From the NCBI GenBank assembly GCA_040752415.1, contig JBFMGU010000150.1, positions 1-26,095 on the forward strand: a stretch of 26,095 nucleotides of DNA, in the 5' to 3' direction. Source of the DNA: Myxococcota bacterium (GTDB lineage: Bacteria > Myxococcota > JACRCW01). Under the pieces are notes generated by a model that saw only the letters and a program-made list of their open reading frames with translations, was not told the DNA's origin and searched no databases. Shown here in pieces: positions 18,951 through 26,095 of the stretch (position 1 is its first letter; each line of letters starts with the position of its first letter). The position numbers were made by a program, and so were the translations under genes.

Positions 18951-20228
18951 GTGACGGCTTCCGAGACGCACCGAACCATCAACGCGGTCTGGAGGATTGA
19001 GTCGGCCCGGCTCATTGCGGGTCTTGCGCGCATGGTGCGCGACGTGGGCCTGGCCGAGGAGCTTGCGCAGGACGCACTGGTTGCCGCGTTGGAGAAGTGG
19101 CCCACGTCGGGCATCCCGGACAAACCGGGTGCCTGGCTGATGGCCACGGCCAAGCATCGCGCCATCGACCGGCTGCGTCGGAAGAAGCTGCTGGAGCGCA
19201 AGCACGAGGAGCTGGGTCACCAGATCGAGGCCCAGGGCAGCCTGGACGCTCCGGACCTCGACGCTGCGCTGGATGACGACGTGGGCGACGACCTCTTGCG
19301 CCTGGTTTTCACCGCGTGTCACCCCGTGCTTCCGTCGGAGGCGCGCGTGGCGCTCACGCTGCGTCTCATTGGCGGCCTCACCACCGAGGAGATTGCCCGC
19401 GCGTTCCTGGTGCCCGAGCCCACGGTGGCGCAGCGCATTGTGCGGGCCAAGCGGACCCTCGCCGAGAAACGCGTGCCCTACGAGGTGCCGCGCGGGACGG
19501 AATTGGCGGCGCGTCTCTCGTCGGTGCTGGAGGTCATCTACCTCATCTTCAACGAAGGCTATTCCGCCACCGCCGGCGACGACTGGATGCGTCCCGCGCT
19601 GTGTGAGGACGCGCTGCGTCTCGGTCGCATCCTCGTGGGCCTGGTGCCCAATGAAGCGGAGGCGCATGGGCTCGTTTCCCTGATGGAGATCCAGGCATCG
19701 CGTGCGCGGGCGCGCGTGGGTCCGTCGGGGGAGCCCGTGCTCCTGATGGATCAGAACCGCGCGCGCTGGGATTGGCTGCTCGTCCGTCGTGGACTGGCCG
19801 CGCTGGAGCGCGCGGAGGCGCTGGGAGGACGGGGCCCCTACGTGCTGCAGGCCGCCATCGCCGCGTGTCACGCGCGGGCGCGGACGGCGGATCAGACGGA
19901 TTGGAACCGCATTGCCGAGCTGTACGGGGAGCTGGTGGCGCTCAATCCGTCGCCCGTTGTGGAGTTGAACCGCGCCGTGGCGGTGGGAATGGCGTTGGGG
20001 CCTGCCGCGGGTCTCGCCATCGTCGACACGCTCACCGAGGAGCCCACCCTCCAGCGCTACCACCTGCTGCCCAGTGTGCGTGGAACCTTCCTCGTGAAGC
20101 TGGAACGCTACGCGGAGGCGCGCGCGGAGTTCGAGAAGGCCGCCTCGCTCACGCGCAATGAGCGGGAACGCAAGCTCCTCATGGAACGCGCTGCCGCGTG
20201 CGCCCAGGGCCTTGCGCCCCCGACGTGA
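18951..20228 (+). CDS. ECF42-group RNA polymerase sigma factor with C-terminal TPR extension
   Basis: AEELAQDA..PGAWL..RAIDRLRR (sigma2); DDLLRLVFTACHPVL..GLTTEEIARAFLV..AQRIVRAK (sigma4); YLIFNEGY..QNRARWD..GPYVLQAAIAACH..SPVVELNRAVA; adjacent to a DGPF gene. Confidence 0.92.
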   Translation: MTASETHRTINAVWRIESARLIAGLARMVRDVGLAEELAQDALVAALEKWPTSGIPDKPGAWLMATAKHRAIDRLRRKKLLERKHEELGHQIEAQGSLDAPDLDAALDDDVGDDLLRLVFTACHPVLPSEARVALTLRLIGGLTTEEIARAFLVPEPTVAQRIVRAKRTLAEKRVPYEVPRGTELAARLSSVLEVIYLIFNEGYSATAGDDWMRPALCEDALRLGRILVGLVPNEAEAHGLVSLMEIQASRARARVGPSGEPVLLMDQNRARWDWLLVRRGLAALERAEALGGRGPYVLQAAIAACHARARTADQTDWNRIAELYGELVALNPSPVVELNRAVAVGMALGPAAGLAIVDTLTEEPTLQRYHLLPSVRGTFLVKLERYAEARAEFEKAASLTRNERERKLLMERAAACAQGLAPPT

Positions 20229-20243
20229 TCAGGCCGGAGTGCC

Positions 20244-20903
20244 ATGAGACCCCATCGCGTCTGGCTCGCGCTGTTCATGCTGCCGCTGGTGTTGGCGGTG
20301 GTGTTCTCGACGTTCGGCGCATACTTCACGGCCGTCGCGGGACTGCAGGGTGACGACGTGGCAAGGGCGATGGACCGCGTCATCGCGTTCCCGGTGTCGC
20401 TGGGTTTCTCGCTGGCGTTCCTGGTGACGCGCGCCTTCGCCCGGAAGGACGGTCTCACGCTGCGTGACCTGGGTTGGGCGCGTCCCAGCGCGTTGGACGT
20501 CGTCACCGGGCTGGGGGCGGGCGCGGTGCTGTGGGCCCTCAACGTCTACGTCCTGTACCCGCTGGTGCAACGCGCCCAGCCCGCCTTCGACCCGACGCTG
20601 GCCAACCTCAGTCTTCCCGCGGCGGTGGTCATGATGGGCATCTCGGCGGCGTCGGAGGACACGCTGTACCGCGGCTACGCGTTCAAGCTGCTCCGCGAGC
20701 GTCAAGGAACGCTGCTCACCCTCCTGGTGACGAGCGTCTTCTACGCGCCTCTTGCCGGTGCGCAGGGGTGGCCGCTGGTGACGTGGGCGGTGTACTTCGG
20801 GCTCGTGCTCGGCGTGCTGCGCATCTGGCGCGGGAACCTGTGGGCGGTGTGGCTCACGCACGTCGTGGTGGCGTTGGGGCCCAAGGTGGCGTCGCAGTTC
20901 TGA
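20244..20903 (+). CDS. CPBP (CAAX/Abi) family intramembrane protease-like protein
   Basis: Multiple TM helices; SEDTLYRGY (EExxxR-like); WRGNLWAVWLTH; GGAG RBS. Confidence 0.75.
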   Translation: MRPHRVWLALFMLPLVLAVVFSTFGAYFTAVAGLQGDDVARAMDRVIAFPVSLGFSLAFLVTRAFARKDGLTLRDLGWARPSALDVVTGLGAGAVLWALNVYVLYPLVQRAQPAFDPTLANLSLPAAVVMMGISAASEDTLYRGYAFKLLRERQGTLLTLLVTSVFYAPLAGAQGWPLVTWAVYFGLVLGVLRIWRGNLWAVWLTHVVVALGPKVASQF

Positions 20904-20918
20904 GCAACGCCCTCGACG

Positions 20919-21941
20919 TCACAGGGCGCGAATCCAGGTGCTCAGCATCTCGATGCCCGCCTCGTCGACGACCTCCACTCCAAGCGGGGGCATTTCGCCA
21001 TTCCGGATGCGTTTGACGGCGGCGGACTTCTCCGGTGATCCCCGGTCAATCACCGAGCCTACCGCCGTGCGGTACGTGGCCGTGGCCTCGACGCTGCCGA
21101 GCTCACCCAGGCGGAGGAAGAAATCGAATGACTGGGATGGGTCGTAGCAGCGGTGCTCCAGGCCCGGGAGGTGCGGCAGGGACATGGGCGCGGGTGGCGG
21201 CTCCACGGGCTTTCTCGGCGGACGGCTGAGGTTGTGGCAGTGCGCGCAGTTGGCGTGCAGGTAACCCAAGGCGTTTCGCTCGACCTCGTTGCCCGGGATC
21301 TGTATCGTGGCGTCGGGCGGTGAGGACAACCGTCCTTCGTCGATGAGGTCGCGGAGGTCCCAGGAGCCCGCCGGGGCGTCGTACGCGAGCTGGATGGCGG
21401 AGAAACCCAGCGCCCGGCTCTCCGTCCCGTCGTGGCAACCCATGCATTTTGTCGACGAGGGAACGTCGTGCGGGGTCCCGCCTGCGTTCTGTGCTCCGTC
21501 GGGGGCGGCAAGCGCGTCGGTGCCTTCACCGTTCCAGATGTAGGCTTGCGCGGCCCAGTCCTCGGGGTTGGGACCGACCTTCTGGATCAGTCTTGTCTCC
21601 ACGCGCTTCCCGTCGCGGGTGAACTCCTTCCAGAGCTTGGTTCCCTCGGGGAACAGCCAGAAGTCGGCGTTGCGGGTGTCAATCTGGGTTCCCGCGGGAA
21701 GGAGGATCCAGCGGCGCTTCGACGCTCCGTCGCTCCAGAGCTGGAACTGCGGCGTGAAAGGGCGGACGCCATCCGCGGTGGTGTCGCCGGCGATGTCGGA
21801 GAAGAGGCCGGTCTCGGAGAGTTTCGAGGGCAGCCGGCTCATCCGCTCCCTGGGAATCTCCGCGCAGCTCTCAGGGTCCAGCGTCCATTGGCCACACGCG
21901 CAGCAGAGCATCATCGCCCAGCTCAACACCGCCCTTTGCAT
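20919..21941 (-). CDS. Diheme c-type cytochrome lipoprotein
   Basis: Lipoprotein-type signal (MLCCACG); LSETGLF..LWSDGASKRRW..FPEGT..KEF..ETRL; CMGCH; YLHANCAHCH; MPPLG. Confidence 0.8.
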   Translation of the reverse strand: MQRAVLSWAMMLCCACGQWTLDPESCAEIPRERMSRLPSKLSETGLFSDIAGDTTADGVRPFTPQFQLWSDGASKRRWILLPAGTQIDTRNADFWLFPEGTKLWKEFTRDGKRVETRLIQKVGPNPEDWAAQAYIWNGEGTDALAAPDGAQNAGGTPHDVPSSTKCMGCHDGTESRALGFSAIQLAYDAPAGSWDLRDLIDEGRLSSPPDATIQIPGNEVERNALGYLHANCAHCHNLSRPPRKPVEPPPAPMSLPHLPGLEHRCYDPSQSFDFFLRLGELGSVEATATYRTAVGSVIDRGSPEKSAAVKRIRNGEMPPLGVEVVDEAGIEMLSTWIRAL

Positions 21942-22086
21942 TCGCTGAATTCCTCCGACCTCAGGCGCAGCACATTGCGCGCCAACCTTGCGCGTACCGG
22001 TTTCCCGCGACGTCGACGTTGGGGCAGGGCGCCAAAGCGTGTCCCCGAGTTCCCAGCGTCAACGGCCATTCACACCCATCCACCGC

Positions 22087-22112
22087 GAACCCTTTTGCCG
22101 GCTGGGCTGCTC
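22087..22112 (+). promoter_or_regulatory. Putative ECF promoter (GAACC-N17-GCTC), copy 1
   Basis: GAACCCTTTTGCCG..GCTC; a matching copy precedes the neighbouring ECF sigma gene. Confidence 0.6.
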
Positions 22113-22139
22113 ATGCTGGAAACAAGGGAGGTGGTGCGC

Positions 22140-22541
22140 ATGGGACGCCAGAAGTTGATCTTCATCTACAACGGCGAGAGCGGCGTGGCGGCGATGCTCC
22201 TGGACGCGCTGAAGAAGGTCGTGGGGCGGGAGGACTGCGCACTTTGCGAGATCGTCTACAGCCCGGTGGGCAAGCGGCCGTCGTGGAGGGCGTGTCAGGC
22301 GCGGCTGGGCGTCGAGGTCGAGGAGCGCCACCGGGACAGCCTCCCGTCATCCTGGGGCATCCGGGCGGAACAGCTGCCCTGCATCCTCCTGGCGGCGCCC
22401 ACGTCGGACGGATTGCCCACAATGCTCGTCGACAAGAATGAGCTTGAGGGATGCCGGGGCCTGGTCCCGTCGCTGGAGGTGCTCCTCAGGGCGAAGCTTC
22501 CGGTGGATCACGTCGGTCACGCATCTCCCGCGCCGTCTTGA
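22140..22541 (+). CDS. Hypothetical CxxC protein, possibly thioredoxin-like fold
   Basis: GGAGG RBS; KLIFIYNGESG..DCALCEIVY..HRD..LPCILL; 133 aa. Confidence 0.75.
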   Translation: MGRQKLIFIYNGESGVAAMLLDALKKVVGREDCALCEIVYSPVGKRPSWRACQARLGVEVEERHRDSLPSSWGIRAEQLPCILLAAPTSDGLPTMLVDKNELEGCRGLVPSLEVLLRAKLPVDHVGHASPAPS

Positions 22542-22576
22542 CCGGAGCCGGGGCCGGAAGATCCCGCGCGGGTATT

Positions 22577-22602
22577 GAACCCTTTGGCCGTGTCGTAGGC
22601 TC
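22577..22602 (+). promoter_or_regulatory. Putative ECF promoter (GAACC-N17-GCTC), copy 2, autoregulatory
   Basis: GAACCCTTTGGCCG..GCTC ending 8 nt before ATG 22611. Confidence 0.6.
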
Positions 22603-22610
22603 TCTGGGGC

Positions 22611-23150
22611 ATGCAGGCGGGTACACCGGAACAGCTCTTGTCCGCGGCGCAGGCCGGCGACCAGCAGGCGTTGGAGAGCCTTCTCGCGCTCCATCGCAAT
22701 GGCGTCTACCGCTACGGGATGCGTGTGTGCCGAACCACGGAGGACGCCGAGGACGCGGTGCAGGAAACGCTGTGGGCGGCCACGCGCGCGTTGAAGACGT
22801 TCCGGGGCACCGCGGGGAGCATCGCGGGTTGGTTGTTCACCATCGTTCGTCACCGGTGCTACCGCATGCTCGACCGGTGGCGTCGAGCGGAAGAAGCCGC
22901 TGACCTTCCCACGCCCTTCCAGTCACCCCTCGAGGACACCGTTGCGGCCCGGGAGCAGAGCCGTCTCCTTGCCGAGGCGCTCGCGCGCATGGATCCCAGG
23001 GACCGCCAGGTCATCTTGTTGCGCGACGTCGAGGGCCTCACCGCGCCGGAAGCTGCTGCTGCGCTCGGCATTTCGGTGGGCGCCTTGAAGAGCCGGCTTC
23101 ATCGCGCGCGGGTCACGCTGCGTGAGGCGCTCCAGGGCGAAGCTGGCTGA
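22611..23150 (+). CDS. ECF RNA polymerase sigma factor (sigma70 group 4)
   Basis: AQAGDQQAL..DAEDAVQETL..FRG..WLFTIVR (sigma2); RQVILLRDVEGLTAPEAAAALGISVGALKSRLHRAR (sigma4). Confidence 0.92.
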   Translation: MQAGTPEQLLSAAQAGDQQALESLLALHRNGVYRYGMRVCRTTEDAEDAVQETLWAATRALKTFRGTAGSIAGWLFTIVRHRCYRMLDRWRRAEEAADLPTPFQSPLEDTVAAREQSRLLAEALARMDPRDRQVILLRDVEGLTAPEAAAALGISVGALKSRLHRARVTLREALQGEAG

Positions 23151-23302
23151 CGCGCCAGGACGTCCCGCGCCTGGTCATCCGACGCTGCTGGCCGCCATGG
23201 GGGACCCTGCGCACCCGTCTGCGCGGTCTCCGGGGATTCCCTGGGCGTGATCCGGGACTCGAGCGTTTCAGCGGAGTGGGGTTGCACAAAAGTCGGGGCG
23301 GA

Positions 23303-23329
23303 TGTCGATCCGGAACGGCCCCGGTCGAC
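23303..23329 (+). promoter_or_regulatory. ECF42-type promoter, copy 3
   Basis: TGTCGA-N17-CGAC, 59 nt upstream of ATG 23389. Confidence 0.7.
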
Positions 23330-23388
23330 GATGTTCCAGAGCGGGCAGACGGGCCTGCTCGAACCGAGGGATTCAAGGAGATCCGCCC

Positions 23389-23976
23389 ATGAGGAAGTTG
23401 ATCATTTCAGAGTTCATGACGCTCGACGGAGTCATCCAGGCGCCGGGGGGCGCGGATGAAGATCGCGACAACGGGTTCGCACACGGCGGCTGGACCATGC
23501 CCTACTGGCATGACGACATCGGCAAGCACTTCCTGTCCTTGATGCAGGACGTGGACGCCTTCCTGCTGGGCCGGCGCACCTACGTGGGGCACGCCGAAGC
23601 CTTTGAGCCGTTGCCACCTGGGGACCCGTTTGGTGACGTCATGAACGCGCCGGCCAAGTACGTCGTCTCGAAGACTCTCGAGAAGCCGACCTGGCGCAAC
23701 ACGACGATCATCCGGGACAACGTCGTCGCGGAGGTTCGCGCGCTCAAGGCACAAGCGGGCAAGAGCATTGTCACGGATGGAAGCAGCAAGCTGGTGCATA
23801 CCCTGCTGGCGCATGACCTTGTCGACGAGCTGCACCTGCTGCTGTATCCGCTGACGGTGGGCGGCGGTAAGCGCCTGTTCCCGGAGAACGTGCACACCCG
23901 GTTCACGTTGAAGGGGGCGACGCCGTATCCCACAGGCGTCGTGGGTCTGCACTACGTTCGGGAATCGTCGCGCTGA
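23389..23976 (+). CDS. Dihydrofolate reductase-like (RibD C-terminal domain) family protein
   Basis: AAGGAG RBS; FMTLDGVIQAPGG..GGW..LLGRRTY..KYVVSKTL..GSSKLV..LVDELHLLLYP..GGGKRLF. Confidence 0.92.
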   Translation: MRKLIISEFMTLDGVIQAPGGADEDRDNGFAHGGWTMPYWHDDIGKHFLSLMQDVDAFLLGRRTYVGHAEAFEPLPPGDPFGDVMNAPAKYVVSKTLEKPTWRNTTIIRDNVVAEVRALKAQAGKSIVTDGSSKLVHTLLAHDLVDELHLLLYPLTVGGGKRLFPENVHTRFTLKGATPYPTGVVGLHYVRESSR

Positions 23977-24089
23977 CGTGGCGTGCACCTGGGCCGCTGC
24001 TCGCCGACCAAGCGCGTCGCCCCAGGAGAGCCGCACCCCATGGAAACCGCCAGCTTCATCGCCAACCCGGGCGGGGAGGTTGATCCCCC

Positions 24090-24121
24090 TTGACTCCGTA
24101 CTTAGGTACGGACCGTACCTT
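24090..24121 (+). promoter_or_regulatory. MerR-type promoter/operator
   Basis: TTGACT-CCGTAC-TTAG-GTACGG-ACCG-TACCTT: same -35 and CCGTAC-N4-GTACGG dyad as the Tn21/Tn501 mer operator, with an elongated 20-bp spacer. Confidence 0.88.
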
Positions 24122-24141
24122 GGCGGGCAATGGGGAGCGGC

Positions 24142-24555
24142 ATGGCGGGCATCACCATTGGGACTTTGGCCAAACGCGCGGGCGTGAACGTGGAGACCGT
24201 CCGCTACTACCAGCGCAACGGGCTGCTGCCGGAACCCGAGGCCACGGACGGCGCCTTCCGTCACTACGACGACGACGTGTTGGCGCGCTTGCTGTTCATC
24301 CGTCGGGCCAAGGACCTTGGGTTCACGCTCAAGGACATTGGCGAGCTGCTCGCTTTGCGCGTGGAGCGTGGCCGGAAGTGCGCCGACGTGAAGAGCAAGG
24401 CGGCGGCCCGCATCGCCGACATCGAGAGCAAGATCCAATCGCTCACGCGCATGAAGGACGCGCTGGATTGCCTGATCGCGGATTGCTCGTCGGGCGGACC
24501 GATTCAGGAGTGCCCGATTCTGCGCGCCTTGGACCGCGACGAGGAGACGCAATGA
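24142..24555 (+). CDS. merR: Hg(II)-responsive MerR transcriptional regulator
   Basis: TIGTLAKRAGVNVETVRYYQR.GLL HTH; Cys80/Cys115/Cys124 have the same spacing as the canonical C82/C117/C126 triad; CPIL. Confidence 0.88.
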   Translation: MAGITIGTLAKRAGVNVETVRYYQRNGLLPEPEATDGAFRHYDDDVLARLLFIRRAKDLGFTLKDIGELLALRVERGRKCADVKSKAAARIADIESKIQSLTRMKDALDCLIADCSSGGPIQECPILRALDRDEETQ

Positions 24556-25262
24556 CGACCGTGGAGCTGATCTTCGACGACACGTGTCCGAACGTGGAAC
24601 CCGCGCGCGAGCAGCTACGCACTGCCTTGACGCAACTGGGTCTGCCGCTGGCGTGGACGGAATGGCGTCGTGATGACCCGGCCAGTCCGCCGTACGTGCG
24701 GCAATACGGCTCGCCCACGGTTCTCGTCGACGGCCGCGATGTCGTCAGGGTCCCGGATACGGACGGCGCTGCGTGCTGCAGGCTCTACTCCGGGCCTGAT
24801 GGGATGCGAGGTACACCGTCGTCAGCGGACATTGCTCGTGCCATTGCGGTGTCGCAGGCTCCCAATCGCCGGGTGGCGCTTGCTGCGATTCCGAGCGCGG
24901 TGTTGTCGCTGCTCCCCGTCGTCACATGTCCGTCTTGTTGGCCTGGCTACGCGGCGATCCTGTCGAGCCTTGGCATTGGGGCCATTGCCGAAGCGCGCGT
25001 TGTCCTGCCACTCACGTTCGTTTTCCTCGCCATCGCCCTGGGCTCGCTGGCGTACACGAGTCGCCGCACGCGGAAATGGCTTCCGCTGGTGGTCGGCGTT
25101 GTTGGCGCCGCGGCCATTGTCATTGGGAAGTTTGCGATAACATCCGATGGCGTGCTGTACGCGGGGGTCGCGGTGCTCACGACGGCGTCGCTGTGGTCGA
25201 GCGTCGGAAGGCTCTCGTCACTGGTTCCGGTCCACGCGTTCAGAAAGGGTGTGCCGACATGA
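24552..25262 (+). CDS. merC: Fusion of a thioredoxin-like domain and a MerC-like mercury transporter domain
   Basis: ATGA overlap with merR. N-domain: CPN..GSPTVLVDGRD..CCRLY..G.P. C-domain: LLP..CPSCWPGYAAILSSLGIG and about four TM helices. Confidence 0.72.
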   Translation: MTTVELIFDDTCPNVEPAREQLRTALTQLGLPLAWTEWRRDDPASPPYVRQYGSPTVLVDGRDVVRVPDTDGAACCRLYSGPDGMRGTPSSADIARAIAVSQAPNRRVALAAIPSAVLSLLPVVTCPSCWPGYAAILSSLGIGAIAEARVVLPLTFVFLAIALGSLAYTSRRTRKWLPLVVGVVGAAAIVIGKFAITSDGVLYAGVAVLTTASLWSSVGRLSSLVPVHAFRKGVPT

Positions 25263-25903
25263 TCAACGTTCGATCCCTCGTCGTGGCGTCCTTGATCGCC
25301 TTCGCTGGTGCGGGATGCAGCTATGAGCAGATTTGCGCGCTCTTCCACAACGACGAGAAGCCCGCTGCCAGAACCGCGACCGCAGCGCTGACCATTGACG
25401 GAATGACGTGCGAGTCCTGCGCGGAAAAGCTGACCGCGGCATTCCGCGAGGCCGAAGGGGTCACGGATGCCCGAGTGAGCTTTACCGACAAGCGCGCGAC
25501 CGTCACGTACGACGCCGACAAGAGCAACGTCGCGGTGTTGACGTCTGTCGTCGAGAAGACCGGTTATCGCGTTGCGGGTGGTGGCGAGACGACGGTTGCG
25601 GCCTCCGAGGGAGTCGACGCGGAGCCGGGCTTCGCCATGTGCGCCATGGCATGCGGGACCAAGCGCGAATACGCGGAGAAGGACGTCGTCACGCAGCCGG
25701 GTGCCAAGGTGGGTGACCTCGTCCGGTGCCCGGTCAGCAACGCGGTGTTCGACGTGAAGGAGGACAGCCCGTTCATCGAGCAGGATGGGAAGCGCTTCTT
25801 CACGTGCTGCGCTGGATGCTTCGCCCAGTTCCAGAGGGACCCGGCGCGCTTCTTTGCGAAGGTCGAGCGCCAGAACGCCGAGCACTCCAGGCGGTTGCAG
25901 TAG
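25259..25903 (+). CDS. Heavy-metal-binding lipoprotein: HMA (MerP/CopZ-like) plus YHS/TRASH-like domain
   Basis: ATGA overlap; lipobox GAGC; IDGMTCESC; CAMAC; CPVS..GKRFFTCCAGCFAQFQRDPARF. Confidence 0.8.
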   Translation: MINVRSLVVASLIAFAGAGCSYEQICALFHNDEKPAARTATAALTIDGMTCESCAEKLTAAFREAEGVTDARVSFTDKRATVTYDADKSNVAVLTSVVEKTGYRVAGGGETTVAASEGVDAEPGFAMCAMACGTKREYAEKDVVTQPGAKVGDLVRCPVSNAVFDVKEDSPFIEQDGKRFFTCCAGCFAQFQRDPARFFAKVERQNAEHSRRLQ

Positions 25904-25954
25904 GGGAAATTGCAGCCCGCGGCACCTGGGCCGGCCTGGGGCGGAAGAAGAGAG

Positions 25955-26000
25955 TGCCCCCGACGTGATTCGAACACGTGGCCTACAGTTTAGGAAACTG
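25955..26000 (-). repeat. 3' half of tRNA-Arg(CCT), att-like fragment
   Basis: Minus strand CAGT-TTCCTAA-ACTGT-AGGCC-ACGTG-TTCGAAT-CACGT-CGGGGGC-A; no D arm or 5' acceptor strand upstream. Confidence 0.85.
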
Positions 26001-26095
26001 GCGGTCAAAACTGAGGTGGTGCGCACCGAGATGCAAGTAGTGGAAACGAGTGTGGTTTCCGCCATTGAGCAGGCTGGAGAACAGGAACAGGGGCG

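Noticed and set aside
23148..23300. Stop read-through or a zinc-finger anti-sigma domain after the ECF gene
   Set aside because: The in-frame continuation shows no HxxxCxxC or other recognisable motif.
25955..26030. Functional full-length tRNA-Arg
   Set aside because: No D arm or GCCCCCG 5' acceptor strand; pairing breaks at the base of the anticodon stem.

Overview
High-GC bacterial DNA, most likely a Myxococcota/deltaproteobacterial genome (Cys-rich Ser/Gly-linker lipoproteins, AgmC-like domain, ECF42). The window holds about 25 CDSs, two tRNA genes (Lys-TTT, Glu-TTC) and two tRNA 3'-end fragments. A small core block (tRNAs, thiolase, 3-hydroxybutyryl-CoA dehydrogenase) is flanked by runs of short stress/xenobiotic modules, most with their own promoter or operator. 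Left of the core: AlkZ/YcaQ-like glycosylase, frameshifted SGNH hydrolase, ICMT-TetR, ArsR-UvrA2 and a DHFR-like gene. Right of the core: YciI-ECF42, a diheme cytochrome lipoprotein, a CxxC protein with an ECF sigma, a second DHFR-like gene and a merA-less mer-like operon. The most notable structure is (i) a 776-bp integrase-free single-gene islet bounded by tRNA-Glu 3'-end repeats whose similarity extends into a non-tRNA arm, suggesting serial cassette accretion at tRNA 3' ends; (ii) a merR / thioredoxin-like-MerC fusion / HMA-TRASH lipoprotein operon with a classic mer operator, no merA, a 12-bp flanking direct repeat and an adjacent tRNA-Arg att fragment; (iii) three ECF42 promoters defining a local regulon; (iv) an empty inverted heptamer-repeat element. 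All family calls come from motif recognition; no database search was run.
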